From: an uncultured virus (IMG/VR IMGVR_UViG_3300025010_002040)
Lineage: Duplodnaviria > Heunggongvirae > Uroviricota > Caudoviricetes
Virus record (IMG/VR): IMGVR_UViG_3300025010_002040
Direction: 5' to 3' (one strand)
Length of the DNA: 64,000 bases
Every line of letters starts with the position of its first letter. Positions within the stretch are counted from its first letter, which is position 1. Shown piece after piece: positions 8,047 to 18,150 of the stretch. A program made the position numbers and the translations under genes. The notes below the pieces were generated by a model that made no database searches, was not told the DNA's origin, and was given only the letters and a program-made list of their open reading frames with translations.

Positions 8047-10055
8047 ATCACACTACCTCCAAGAGCTCTGTTGATGGAATCGATATCGAAGGTTGGTGAT
8101 GTGGTATTGATAGTGATATTATTTGTATTCGTGTTTGAACGATTCAGGTTACTTGTTGAGCTTACACTTTGTGTTTGTTTTAAGTTAAACTTATCGCCAA
8201 ACCAACCGCCAATTTTACCAAAGAAACCGCCAACTTTATCTGCAGCATTACCGACAAAATCACCGACACCTTTCGCCAAATTTGAAGCAAACTCACCGAT
8301 GTTTCCCGTAATGCTTCCAACCATATCGCCAAAGTTACCTGCGATATCACCCATCTTTGAACCTAAGTCACCAATCCACCCGAATATTTGAGTTAGAAAT
8401 TCGACAATCTTTTGAACCACCGCCATGACAGGTTCTAGTACCTTTTGAAGCACTTTGATGGCGGGAACTAAAATGGCTTGGAGTACTTTCCCAATAATCT
8501 CAATCAGAGGTGCAACCATCTCTAATAATTCTGCGATGAACTCGATTTGAGTCATCAATGGCACCAATAATACTTCAATAATGGGAACTAACATTTCGAC
8601 AAGCATGATGATTAATTCGATTAAAGCATCAAGAATCGGTGTTAGTGCAGTCATTAAACTATCCACGATCGTCATAATCGGTGGCAACAACAGCATTAAG
8701 GTCTCACCAAGTCTAGCTAGTAATGCTCGAAACTCTTCGCTTTGAAATAGTGCCATAGCAATAATCGCTATGAGCGCGCCGAACCCAAGTGTAGCAAAGT
8801 TTAATCCAGCTCCTGCAAAAAGACCTGAAGTACCTACTGCTTTTAGTGCAGTTGACACAATATTTAAAATAGGTCCTACTTTTCCGATGATGGAAAGTAC
8901 TGGACCTATCGCTGTTATCACCGCACCAAGTGTGAGGATGATTTGTTTTGTTCCTGTATCAAGATTACTCCATTTCTCAGTCCAACTTTTAATCGTTGGA
9001 ATGATTTCATCTCTAACCTTATGAAGCATGGCTTGCATAATCGGTAATACTTGAACTGAAATATCCATCGCAAGACTTCCAAGTGCTTGTTTGGTTTGGT
9101 CTACTGTATCGTTAAACTCCCCAGAAATTGCAGCTTGTTCATTCGTGATAATACCTAGCTCTCTGACTTCTTGTCTGAGTGAATTTACTGCAGATTCTTC
9201 TTGTGACAGCATCGGTAGTATTTCAGTACCAATTTTGTCCCCAAAGAACTCATTCGCTATACCTACTCTTAGGGCTTCATCTTCAACACCAGAGAGTGCA
9301 TTTCGAATTAAATTAAATGCTTGATCAGCATTAAGCCCTTTGAGATCCTCAACAGTTAGTCCAATTTGAGCTAGGCTTTCAGATACCTTGTCACCGTTAC
9401 CTGTAGCGATATCTCCAAGTATTCCATTGACCTTGATAAAGGCCTTGTTAAGGCTTTCTGTCGAACTTCCTGATATCTTGGCAACGTAGTTCCACTCTTG
9501 TAAACTCTCGGCACTTAGGCCAAGTTTTGCGGCTGTATCGGCAATTTCATCAGCTGTGTTTGCTGTCTTTACTGCAAGTGCACCAAGAGCAGATATAGCT
9601 CCAAGGACAGGTACAGTGACTGATTTGGTTAGTGTTGAACCTAACTTCCCAATCTTCTCAAAGTTCGCATTGGATAAGTCTGTAATTTTACCTTTTGTAT
9701 TTTGGAGTTCTTTATTGAGTTTAGATACTTCAGCTTCTGTGTAGGAAACATTACGTGCTAGTTTGTTAAACTCAGTTTCACTCATTTCACCAAGTTTGAC
9801 TGCTTGTTTTGCTTTATTGAGTTCTTGGTTTTGAGTTTCCAGTTTCTTCTTAGTAGTTTGAAGGATATCATTGAGTTTTGATTGTTTCTGTTTCCAGAGT
9901 TCAACATTTGAGCTGTCATACTTAAGATTCGTATTGATAGCTTTGAGATCTCTCTGTTGTTCTTTGAGATCTGATTGAATCTCTTTAAGTTCGTTCTCTA
10001 AATCTCTACCATCAAGACTTAACTTAATGTTTAACCCTTTGACTGTTTCTGCCAT
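8043..10055 (-). CDS. Tape measure protein
   Basis: 670 aa; KGLNIKL N-terminus, coiled coil and amphipathic repeats. Confidence 0.9.
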   Translation of the reverse strand: MAETVKGLNIKLSLDGRDLENELKEIQSDLKEQQRDLKAINTNLKYDSSNVELWKQKQSKLNDILQTTKKKLETQNQELNKAKQAVKLGEMSETEFNKLARNVSYTEAEVSKLNKELQNTKGKITDLSNANFEKIGKLGSTLTKSVTVPVLGAISALGALAVKTANTADEIADTAAKLGLSAESLQEWNYVAKISGSSTESLNKAFIKVNGILGDIATGNGDKVSESLAQIGLTVEDLKGLNADQAFNLIRNALSGVEDEALRVGIANEFFGDKIGTEILPMLSQEESAVNSLRQEVRELGIITNEQAAISGEFNDTVDQTKQALGSLAMDISVQVLPIMQAMLHKVRDEIIPTIKSWTEKWSNLDTGTKQIILTLGAVITAIGPVLSIIGKVGPILNIVSTALKAVGTSGLFAGAGLNFATLGFGALIAIIAMALFQSEEFRALLARLGETLMLLLPPIMTIVDSLMTALTPILDALIELIIMLVEMLVPIIEVLLVPLMTQIEFIAELLEMVAPLIEIIGKVLQAILVPAIKVLQKVLEPVMAVVQKIVEFLTQIFGWIGDLGSKMGDIAGNFGDMVGSITGNIGEFASNLAKGVGDFVGNAADKVGGFFGKIGGWFGDKFNLKQTQSVSSTSNLNRSNTNTNNITINTTSPTFDIDSINRALGGSVI

Positions 10056-10099
10056 CTTTATTCACCACCTTAACTATAAAGAAAAAAGCACCGAAGTGC

Positions 10100-10972
10100 T
10101 TATTCATCGTACCAACTTGAATTATCAACATCCACAGAAACAACATTTACTTCCATAACCATTAATTCACCACCATCACGTGCATATACTAGTTCAACAA
10201 CGGCTTCAAGCGGAAACTCAATATTCATTGTTGCTCCTTCATCCCTAGTTTGATCTGCATCAGATCCATATTGTAATTCGGAACTAATTCGACCTTGGCA
10301 TAAAACATTTACTTTCATACCATCACTAGATTCTTCTAATAATTCTTGTATCACGATTTTATCGATTTCAACGTCATGCGAACCGTAATGCGTAGCGATT
10401 TCATCAAGTTCTTGAATCGTTCTTGATCGAACATCATCAAAAACACCTTCTTCGGTAATTTCAACTAAATCTTCTATTTCCTTTTGCACAGAACTTAATG
10501 TCTCGAAAAAGCTGCCACAGATTACTATGACATTTTCTAATTCATCGGTAATCTGATCACTCTCTAGTCTTAATGAGAGATGCACATAATTACTTAGCTT
10601 TTTCATCATTTCACATAGAGCGTCTATGCTGTTATCAATAGGAAATAATTTGAACAAAACATCCTTTGAATGTTCTTTAAGTACAATATTGGCCAGCAGC
10701 TGTTTGGTTGAGATCTTTTTTGGGTCATCCCCGTGTGTTCCATAGCTAGGAAACCATTCACTATTACGTACTTGCTCCTTATTTGATAATTCACTTATTG
10801 TTCTATTAACTACTTCACGCATACCTAATGCAAAATAGTTAAATGCAATTTCAGATTCAAGGAATAGTACGCTGAAATTACTATCAAAAATTGATAACAA
10901 TGACACTGGGATCTTAGATCTTATAAGGCGTAATTTTGATACAATTTCTTCTTTCAACAATGAGACTATCAT
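10100..10972 (-). CDS. Moron; resembles predicted pPIWI-associating nuclease domain proteins
   Basis: Recalled family motifs FNYFALGMRE...LSNYVH, ELDEIATH, ELQYGSD, VDNSSWY; not verified by search. Confidence 0.55.
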   Translation of the reverse strand: MIVSLLKEEIVSKLRLIRSKIPVSLLSIFDSNFSVLFLESEIAFNYFALGMREVVNRTISELSNKEQVRNSEWFPSYGTHGDDPKKISTKQLLANIVLKEHSKDVLFKLFPIDNSIDALCEMMKKLSNYVHLSLRLESDQITDELENVIVICGSFFETLSSVQKEIEDLVEITEEGVFDDVRSRTIQELDEIATHYGSHDVEIDKIVIQELLEESSDGMKVNVLCQGRISSELQYGSDADQTRDEGATMNIEFPLEAVVELVYARDGGELMVMEVNVVSVDVDNSSWYDE

Positions 10973-10982
10973 AGTTTATCTC

Positions 10983-11282
10983 CTAACTTTGTTTAGTCAC
11001 AAACTCTTGAAATCTCTTTAAAGCATTGATGACTGCTCTATGACTTTTATTACCTATATTAGATTTCAATCCACAAAAATCATACATTTTGACATACAGA
11101 TCTATTTCATTCATAAGTGTTTGGATGCTGATTCGTTCTTCTCTTAATACAAACGGAATTCTTGCATGCGCATAATCATAAGTAGTGCTTGGTAAACCCT
11201 TGGGTGTTACTACACTGTATCCTTCTGATTCCAAGTATAATTCAAAGCGATTAAGAATTTCTTTTTCAGTCATCTCATTCAC
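10983..11282 (-). CDS. Moron; small hypothetical protein
   Basis: 99 aa with good RBS; motifs TPKGLPSTTYDY and KSHRAVINALKRF. Confidence 0.65.
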   Translation of the reverse strand: MNEMTEKEILNRFELYLESEGYSVVTPKGLPSTTYDYAHARIPFVLREERISIQTLMNEIDLYVKMYDFCGLKSNIGNKSHRAVINALKRFQEFVTKQS

Positions 11283-11868
11283 CTTCTATCTTAGATAGCA
11301 GCACTTCCATACCTTCTGCAAAAGTTGGAATGTTGCTTTTCCAATAAGGAATTGATATTCTTACAGATTCAATGGCATTTTTGTACATTCCATCGCCAAA
11401 CTCATCTTTAAATTTCTTGAGAAAAAACTCGAAATCACTTGTTTTCATTGAACGACGATTAATCTCGCCCTTTGAAAGTTTGATTAAAATGTTCAAATAA
11501 ATTGTCGCACTTCCGAGATTCATTCCAGATTTTAATGAAACTAAATAAGCTAATACTTTTACTTCTTCGAGTCCGTTTTGATAGTTTTTAAATGCACTCC
11601 AAACTTCCTCAATCATTTCAGGACTAATGCTGTTGTTTGAACGTCGTGATCGAATTGCTTCAAGTGTAGTCTCATCTCCATCATCAGTTATCACTTCACG
11701 ATGAATCGATTCAGCATTTTGCTTAACTGCAAAGGGTAACCCCTTCTCTTTAATGATTTTTTTGATGAAAATACTAAACGCAATATCAAGATCTAATCCT
11801 ACTGAATCCAAAATTCGACTCACTTCTTGTAGTTGAACATCATCAATCTCAAACGTTAACTTAGACAT
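11275..11868 (-). CDS. RelB/DinJ-like ribbon-helix-helix domain fused to a helical domain
   Basis: N-terminal LTFEIDD...ILDSVGLDLDIAFSIFIKKIIKEKGLPF matches the RelB/DinJ pattern. Confidence 0.7.
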   Translation of the reverse strand: MSKLTFEIDDVQLQEVSRILDSVGLDLDIAFSIFIKKIIKEKGLPFAVKQNAESIHREVITDDGDETTLEAIRSRRSNNSISPEMIEEVWSAFKNYQNGLEEVKVLAYLVSLKSGMNLGSATIYLNILIKLSKGEINRRSMKTSDFEFFLKKFKDEFGDGMYKNAIESVRISIPYWKSNIPTFAEGMEVLLSKIEGE

Positions 11869-11890
11869 ATATTCACCCTTCTCTCTTTTT

Positions 11891-11978
11891 GTTACTTCGA
11901 TTTACTGATTACAGTATATACGATTACTCTATTTACTGTCAATAGTAATTTAGTAAATTGTATAGTAACTATAGTAAA
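11891..11978 (-). promoter_or_regulatory. Moron promoter with clustered TTACT/AGTAA operator-like boxes
   Basis: TTGACA (11937-11942)-18 bp-TATACT (11913-11918) surrounded by about eight TTACT/AGTAA motifs in two opposed groups. Confidence 0.6.
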
Positions 11979-12158
11979 AAAGAGTCAATATCTCTTTGAT
12001 TTGCTTTTCTATTGCTTTGTTTTCCATCAATAACTTTCATTTCAAGTTGAACTAACTCAAAATAAGTCGTTAAATCAAAATATTTAGAATCCTCAATTGA
12101 GAGTCCTAGATGAGCCAAGTTAAAGATAATGTTTGAGGTTGCACCAAACTCGGGCTCA
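11969..12158 (-). CDS. Frameshifted extension of the tail assembly chaperone (gpT-like); absent from the ORF track
   Basis: Open frame NDEPEFGATSNIIFNLAHLG...QRDIDSFLL*, homologous to 63146-63340; no RBS/ATG of its own. Confidence 0.7.
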
Positions 12159-12509
12159 TCATTTGGACTGTGGGGATGGTTTGGTGCCTTTTTGGAGAGT
12201 GCCTAACATCTCCCCGATAGTTTGCGATAGAACACCTAGTTCTTCTGTATCACTTAAGATCCCAAAATCAAGTGCCATCAAGAAATCATTATAGGATGTT
12301 TTACTGAATGGACGATGAAGAACGTAGATGATCCGGAAGATCGTATCGATCACAAGCGAGAAATCTTCTTCCTTTATGTTCTTACCCTTTTCTAGTTTTT
12401 TGATGTCACTGAAAAGTTCAGAACCGAACACATTACGATAATCGATGATTGTAAAAAGTGACGAGTGGAGTTTATACTCCTTGTCACCGAGTTTAATAAC
12501 TTTTTCCAT
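12159..12509 (-). CDS. Tail assembly chaperone (gpG-like)
   Basis: Lies between the major tail and tape measure genes; homolog in P2. Confidence 0.8.
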   Translation of the reverse strand: MEKVIKLGDKEYKLHSSLFTIIDYRNVFGSELFSDIKKLEKGKNIKEEDFSLVIDTIFRIIYVLHRPFSKTSYNDFLMALDFGILSDTEELGVLSQTIGEMLGTLQKGTKPSPQSK

Positions 12510-12522
12510 AGTTCAATCCTCC

Positions 12523-13089
12523 TTAGATGAATGTAGGTAATACTGGCGATGTTGACAAGAAATTCGTGTAGTTCGTATCTCCAACACTTGCAATCACTCG
12601 AAGGATCAGATTATTACCTGACTCGATCGGGCGAGCAGTGATGTTAAGTGAGATTGAGTTAGCTTCAATGGAGTCCGCTTTGGATTTGCTTGCATCCCCT
12701 GAAGGTGTAGCTGTACATAGGTAATACCAAATACGACGAGCTTTAGCATCGCCTTGAATTTCATAGCCCAATGCGAAGGTCTTGGTTTCATTGTTAACCA
12801 CTTCGACAAAGTTGCCATTGGTGTCCGTCTTAAATCCAAAGATATCCTTTTTAAATTCATCATCAATCTCTGTAAACTTGAGCGTGACGGTTGAGCCTGA
12901 ATTGGAGACTAGGGTTGCGATAACCTTATCGTCTGCATAGACTTGTGAACTGCCACCGATAATTTCAGTAGTGATTTCTTGAGCACCAACCAGACGCTTT
13001 GGTGTTCCAAAAGTCCAGGAACCATCTACTGCAATTGTAGCGAGTGCATAATGAACATTGGTAAGTCCGAATGTGACTTTATTACTCAT
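12523..13089 (-). CDS. Major tail protein (phi13-like)
   Basis: NKVTFGLTNVHYA, YADD and FALGYEIQGD motifs. Confidence 0.9.
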   Translation of the reverse strand: MSNKVTFGLTNVHYALATIAVDGSWTFGTPKRLVGAQEITTEIIGGSSQVYADDKVIATLVSNSGSTVTLKFTEIDDEFKKDIFGFKTDTNGNFVEVVNNETKTFALGYEIQGDAKARRIWYYLCTATPSGDASKSKADSIEANSISLNITARPIESGNNLILRVIASVGDTNYTNFLSTSPVLPTFI

Positions 13090-13432
13090 ATTTTATTTCC
13101 TCCTGTTTGATTTCATAAACTCTGGTTACCGAGTTATCGTCATTGACGTATTCTGTAATCATTTGATAATTAAAACCCGATTGATATAGAGCTGATTCTA
13201 ATTGCTCCTCAATTGTGGGTTCTTTTGATTCTGTGACAAGTGTGATTTGATAGGTGATGATACGAACTGCCGATTTGTTATCTGCATAGATTTGAACTCT
13301 ATCGCTGATTTCTTGATAGACAATAAATGGGTATACATGGAGTTCGTTTACACCTGTTATGTTTGTTCCATAAGACACTCGATTTGGTAAAACACCATCA
13401 AGTATCTGGAACAGATGTTCTATAAAACTCAT
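13082..13432 (-). CDS. Tail terminator / completion protein
   Basis: PFIVYQE...YADN motif; position in the head-tail module. Confidence 0.7.
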   Translation of the reverse strand: MSFIEHLFQILDGVLPNRVSYGTNITGVNELHVYPFIVYQEISDRVQIYADNKSAVRIITYQITLVTESKEPTIEEQLESALYQSGFNYQMITEYVNDDNSVTRVYEIKQEEIKYE

Positions 13433-13815
13433 GAGGATCCACCTCTTTCAATAATCGATTTGATTTTCTCAACCATATCAGGTGCGAATGCATCAAATGC
13501 TGGTCGCATGAATGGACGTGGTCCCACAAATTTACCACCACGATGTGTAAATCCAAACTCAAGTAAATGAGTTAACCTTCCTTTAGTGCTTGAATAGATG
13601 GCGATACGCTTATTGATGCCTTCACCTTCAGGAATAGCAACAAACGATTCTGCAAACCCATATGCCTGACCACTCTTTGGTGCTTTTGATTGAATGTAAG
13701 AAAGTACTTTATCTGCGATTTCGTCTAGTACTTTTTCCATTTCTTTGATGACATCATTTGCATAAGATTCGACAAGCTCACCAATTCCAAGTGCTAATTC
13801 ATCCAATGAGACCAT
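13429..13815 (-). CDS. HK97 gp10-like tail completion protein
   Basis: LTHLLEFG...PRPFMRPA motif. Confidence 0.85.
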   Translation of the reverse strand: MVSLDELALGIGELVESYANDVIKEMEKVLDEIADKVLSYIQSKAPKSGQAYGFAESFVAIPEGEGINKRIAIYSSTKGRLTHLLEFGFTHRGGKFVGPRPFMRPAFDAFAPDMVEKIKSIIERGGSS

Positions 13816-14137
13816 CAATATCACCTTTTTTTATCTTTGTTTCAACAAAATAAAGCTCAATAAACTGACCGCTGATGTAAGTTCGCTCGACTTTATAAAC
13901 CTTTGAATCAATCAATGCATGTCTAGACCCATCATATAAGAAGCTCTGAATTTTGACTGCAACATCAATTCTGATGTCTGTTTTTTTGCTTTCATAATAT
14001 TCTTTTGAAGTCACTGAAATATTAATACCAATAACCTCTTTAGAACTGATAAGGACTAGTTTTCGATTCCCTATGTTATCTGGTGTGTTATCTAGTTTTA
14101 GAAGCGTTAATTTGATGTTGGGAGAACTTGGAAACAT
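13799..14137 (-). CDS. Head closure / head-tail adaptor
   Basis: EYYES...YKVERTY pattern; position. Confidence 0.75.
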   Translation of the reverse strand: MFPSSPNIKLTLLKLDNTPDNIGNRKLVLISSKEVIGINISVTSKEYYESKKTDIRIDVAVKIQSFLYDGSRHALIDSKVYKVERTYISGQFIELYFVETKIKKGDIDGLIG

Positions 14138-14424
14138 TAGGAAGTACTTCCTTTCGTGAATGATAGCTGCTTGATGAGCATTTCAAAACTCTTCGGAAGT
14201 TCTTTCACAGATCCATCGTTCTTAAAACCAAAGAACGTCTTACAGTAAATAAGGATGAGGGAATCCACGATTGGGACTCCCTCACCATTTACGACATCAT
14301 TGGCCACACCGACCGAACGAATGAGTTCTTTGCAAGCCTCAATATGAGACAATAACTCCTCATCAGCATATGTTTCTGTTAGAGGAATCAAGAGTGCTTT
14401 CTTTACTATATCGAGTATGGCCAT
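14137..14424 (-). CDS. Head-tail connector (gp6-like)
   Basis: LDIVKKAL...DEEL...YCKTFFG; follows the capsid gene. Confidence 0.8.
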   Translation of the reverse strand: MAILDIVKKALLIPLTETYADEELLSHIEACKELIRSVGVANDVVNGEGVPIVDSLILIYCKTFFGFKNDGSVKELPKSFEMLIKQLSFTKGSTS

Positions 14425-14440
14425 GATTTAGTTCCTCCGA

Positions 14441-15571
14441 TTAAGCAGCGGCTTTCTTCTTGATACGAAGGAAACCTTTATAACCTACCACATTACCACC
14501 AGTGAATACAGATGCTTTGTAGCAGATAATGCCATCTTTAAATTTGTAGTCTGTCGATTTGCCGATTTCAACCGGTGAGAAGATAGGCACTTCATAGTTC
14601 TTTAGAGAACCATAAGCCATCGCATACTCACCTGCAGTGGTTGCACTGTCAGCGATCGCTTTGCAATGTGAGTTGATCACATAAGGAATGCCATCGATGG
14701 TTTGATTGATGTAATCAACGGTATGAACCTTACGACCTTCGGAAGTACGAAGACCAGCAAATGCACGCAAGTCATTCTTATTCAAGATAAGAACAGCACC
14801 ACCTTCGACTTCTTCATCGCCACCATAAGCAAAGATGATGTCATCAAGTGTAGTATCAGTGATTGCTGAGAGTTCGACTGGTGTCGTATCCGCTAGTGCA
14901 ACTGCTTGATCACTAAAAATCCCTGTGAATGTATTGGATGTACCAGCACCACGAAGGATTTGTTCAGAGATTTTCTTTTTCAAGGATACATTGATGTTTC
15001 TAAGTACCTCTGCTTGATATGGAATGCTTGGAAGCTTTTCAAGTTCTTCTGTGATTTCGGTGTAAGCAGTAATCTTAACTTTTGTAATGGTGACATAACC
15101 AAATGCTGGTTCAGTTTCAGTGTATGCTGCACCTTCAGCTGTAGTTCCTGCAATGCCATTTGATTTCACGAATGACTTCTTGTAGGTTTCACCACCGTTG
15201 AGATTGATGATATTGACTTTATCAACAAGAGTGGATACTTGTGCATATGGAACTGGTGCGAGGTTGTTTGATACGGTTTCAGGAACCAAAACTTCCGAAC
15301 TGGATACTTGGATAACTCGATTCTCACGGAGCTGTTTACCGCGTAGTTCTAGGGTTTCCTTATTGTCAGTGCGTACATCAATGACAATTGGTTTGACATC
15401 AACTTTGGATGCAATCATCATCTTTTTATCGATGACAGAGCGTTCCTCTTGTAGGGTATTGCATTCAGTATCGAATGCTTCCAATTTTGCTACATCTGAT
15501 TCCGCTTCAACAAGTGAGCGAATTTCAGTTAAGCGTGCTTCAATTTCTTTGCGTCTTTTTTCTAAGTTCAT
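14441..15571 (-). CDS. Major capsid protein, HK97 fold
   Basis: N-terminal coiled-coil delta domain; VLVPET, TAEGA and ILRGAG motifs. Confidence 0.92.
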   Translation of the reverse strand: MNLEKRRKEIEARLTEIRSLVEAESDVAKLEAFDTECNTLQEERSVIDKKMMIASKVDVKPIVIDVRTDNKETLELRGKQLRENRVIQVSSSEVLVPETVSNNLAPVPYAQVSTLVDKVNIINLNGGETYKKSFVKSNGIAGTTAEGAAYTETEPAFGYVTITKVKITAYTEITEELEKLPSIPYQAEVLRNINVSLKKKISEQILRGAGTSNTFTGIFSDQAVALADTTPVELSAITDTTLDDIIFAYGGDEEVEGGAVLILNKNDLRAFAGLRTSEGRKVHTVDYINQTIDGIPYVINSHCKAIADSATTAGEYAMAYGSLKNYEVPIFSPVEIGKSTDYKFKDGIICYKASVFTGGNVVGYKGFLRIKKKAAA

Positions 15572-15593
15572 GTTTTTTCTCTCCTTTAGAGTT

Positions 15594-16184
15594 TTAGTAA
15601 TTGGTTTTGATACGGATCTTCTTTTTCATCACATCAACATGTTGTTTCTGCTCTTCTAACTCCATAGCCTTTAGTTCTACATCCATAGACTCTAAAGAAC
15701 GAGCATATATACTAGTTGAATCGTAAGCTGGCGTGTCTACCACTGAGACATCATAGAGCCTTCCAATTTTAGTGATGGTACGTTTAGGGATTTTGCCTTC
15801 CTTATTCCATGTCTGTTCTTCAACAGTGAAAGCAAAGCTCATCTTATCAAGCAGGCCACTACGGACCATCTTGTAGATGTCTTGGTTCGATTGGGTGTCG
15901 ACTAATTCTGCTTGTACTTTTAGCCCAATGTTATCGATAGATAACGTCAATGATTTATTCTTTGTTCGAGCGATTATAAGGAAGGAATCCATATGGTTGT
16001 ATTTCATAGGAACATCTTTCATTTGGGTATTTTCAAGAGCTCGATGATCTATAGATTCAACGAAACCGTACTCTTCATTTCCGATGAGTGTTTCCTGGTT
16101 GAACACAATCGCATAACCTTCTAAGGTCATCTTACCTTCAGCTTCTTCAAACTTAACATCCGCAAGTCTTGTTTCTTTAATCAT
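15594..16184 (-). CDS. HK97-family prohead protease
   Basis: EGYAIVFN, YNH, MSFAF and DVSVVDTPAY motifs. Confidence 0.92.
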   Translation of the reverse strand: MIKETRLADVKFEEAEGKMTLEGYAIVFNQETLIGNEEYGFVESIDHRALENTQMKDVPMKYNHMDSFLIIARTKNKSLTLSIDNIGLKVQAELVDTQSNQDIYKMVRSGLLDKMSFAFTVEEQTWNKEGKIPKRTITKIGRLYDVSVVDTPAYDSTSIYARSLESMDVELKAMELEEQKQHVDVMKKKIRIKTNY

Positions 16185-16377
16185 TGTTTCTCACCTCTAT
16201 TTTTGGTTTGTTAGGTTTCCCATCAAGGGTGTATTCAAGTTCTGAATCCTTGTAGTAAAAACTTGTAATCTTGTTTTCTTTGCAAAACTCATCAATGATT
16301 TGTGTTTTTACTTTCTGCGTTTCTAGAATCACTTTGAGTGCTTCTTTTGATATCGTTCCATTAACTGTGACTTTCAT
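16177..16377 (-). CDS. Small hypothetical protein between portal and protease
   Basis: MKVTVNG start after a GAGGAG RBS; overlaps both neighbours. Confidence 0.6.
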   Translation of the reverse strand: MKVTVNGTISKEALKVILETQKVKTQIIDEFCKENKITSFYYKDSELEYTLDGKPNKPKIEVRNND

Positions 16378-17575
16378 CTTTGTTCTCCTCACCAACTTGG
16401 TATTTGTTTGCCTTATCAGCATCCACAAAGTTGAGCGATTGCAGTCGCTTGTTTCCACCCTCAATAGGTTCTAGTCCAAGCAATGCTCTGGATTCATTTA
16501 AGGTCATGATCCCTAGGCTCATCAGTTTTTCGATGGCACTCACTTTTGTATTCCAGCTTGCATACTGCAATCGTTCACTATAGAAAATAATCTCTTCACC
16601 ACGAGTTAACTCATTTTCGGTAAGCAATCCCAAAGAAAAAGCCTCTGATAGCTGAATGGCTAGAGGCTCAATGGTTGACTCATAAAACGAGTTGAAATCT
16701 TCTTCACTATATTTGTTTGCGAAGATTGGTACCGATACGCCAAAATAATCAAGTATCTTGGATTGTAAGAATTCGAGTGTTTCTTTGTCGATCAACTTAG
16801 GATCTACTGTTAAAGGTACATATTCCGACTTTAAATCAATGGGGATGATGGAGCTTCCTTTAGTACTGATAGAATCGTTGAGTGCTAAATCAAAGAGCTC
16901 TCTTTGTTTCTTCTTATCAGCTTCCGAAAGCATCCCATTCATTTTGATGATCCCTTTAATCTGCATCGATGATCTGACTGCGTTATCGATTCCTTGAAGC
17001 ACATTCTCATTGATTGAGATGGTTTTTAGGATTGCTTCATGATCACCAGATGATCCGTTCCCACCAAAGATATCATTGGATGCAAAGTACTTCCTCAAGT
17101 GGATGATATTCTCATAAGGCAGCATAAATTGTTGACCATCATCAAAGTAGAACTTCAAGTAATAACCATCAGCATTATCTACTATTGCTTCTACCAAAAT
17201 CGGTCGGAGAGGATAGAGTGCTTTAAGCCCACCATCTATTGGGTCAAACATTGGATAAACGAATGCATTATCATTCAGTAGCAATAACGTAATCACTTTA
17301 TAGATAAAGTCATAAGGTGTCATGAGTGGGTTTGGCTTGTGCTTCAATAAAAAAGACAGTCGACCTTGTTTCTCGGTTACTGTCTTATCTGCTTCAGTTT
17401 TTATGTATCTTGGTTTGAGTTTTGCACATTGGCTCGCAACCCTATCAATACATATCTTGACCACATCACTTTTGGATATGTTGTTACCAAAAGGTATGAA
17501 GAACGTATTGTTTTGATTCAATAACTGGAAGGTGTTTGTTGAACCTTCCTTTTTCTTACTTGTTAACCAACTCAA
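16361..17575 (-). CDS. Portal protein, HK97 family
   Basis: KPNPLMT, NIIHLR and MTLNESRALLGLEPIEGG motifs. Confidence 0.92.
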   Translation of the reverse strand: MSWLTSKKKEGSTNTFQLLNQNNTFFIPFGNNISKSDVVKICIDRVASQCAKLKPRYIKTEADKTVTEKQGRLSFLLKHKPNPLMTPYDFIYKVITLLLLNDNAFVYPMFDPIDGGLKALYPLRPILVEAIVDNADGYYLKFYFDDGQQFMLPYENIIHLRKYFASNDIFGGNGSSGDHEAILKTISINENVLQGIDNAVRSSMQIKGIIKMNGMLSEADKKKQRELFDLALNDSISTKGSSIIPIDLKSEYVPLTVDPKLIDKETLEFLQSKILDYFGVSVPIFANKYSEEDFNSFYESTIEPLAIQLSEAFSLGLLTENELTRGEEIIFYSERLQYASWNTKVSAIEKLMSLGIMTLNESRALLGLEPIEGGNKRLQSLNFVDADKANKYQVGEENKDESHS

Positions 17576-17623
17576 ATTATCACCTCCAATGAAAAAGAGG
17601 CATTTGCCTCTAATTTCCGTTAA

Positions 17624-18115
17624 TCACTTTTTATAAATTTCTAAAACAATACCACTTTTCTTATAAATCTCTTCCCAACCATTGGGTCTATCCTGCTTAC
17701 CTTCTTTATTTTCATTAATACGTTTGTTTTCATCAGAAGTTATCAGAGCTAAAGGAAATTTATCTAACAAGTTAATTGCATCATCATCTGTTTTAGCAAA
17801 TAATACTTCTTTTGCTTGTTTTGCTGCAGGGATTAAATGATCAAGCGTTAATAATCCTCTTTTCCCAAGAACTTTGTTAGCTTTATTTAAGTCTCCGTGG
17901 TTTCTCATCTTTAATTTGCTCTCATCTAACAATGATTTTGCTGAAGATGATATATAATCGGCTCCATTATGATTTGTGTGACTCTTAATTGATTCTCGAA
18001 CTAATTTAATCAAACACTTGGTTTGCTCTGAGTTGGGCTTAGATTCATTATAAATAATCCTTAGTTGTTTAATCGTCCATATTAAGTTTTCCTTGTTACG
18101 CCATTCTATACTCAT
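17624..18115 (-). CDS. Moron; hypothetical protein with HNH-like motif
   Basis: LTLDHLIP...LITSDENKRIN; AT-rich insertion between terL and portal. Confidence 0.5.
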   Translation of the reverse strand: MSIEWRNKENLIWTIKQLRIIYNESKPNSEQTKCLIKLVRESIKSHTNHNGADYISSSAKSLLDESKLKMRNHGDLNKANKVLGKRGLLTLDHLIPAAKQAKEVLFAKTDDDAINLLDKFPLALITSDENKRINENKEGKQDRPNGWEEIYKKSGIVLEIYKK

Positions 18116-18150
18116 ACTTTCACCCGATATCTTTATCTTTATTGGATTTA

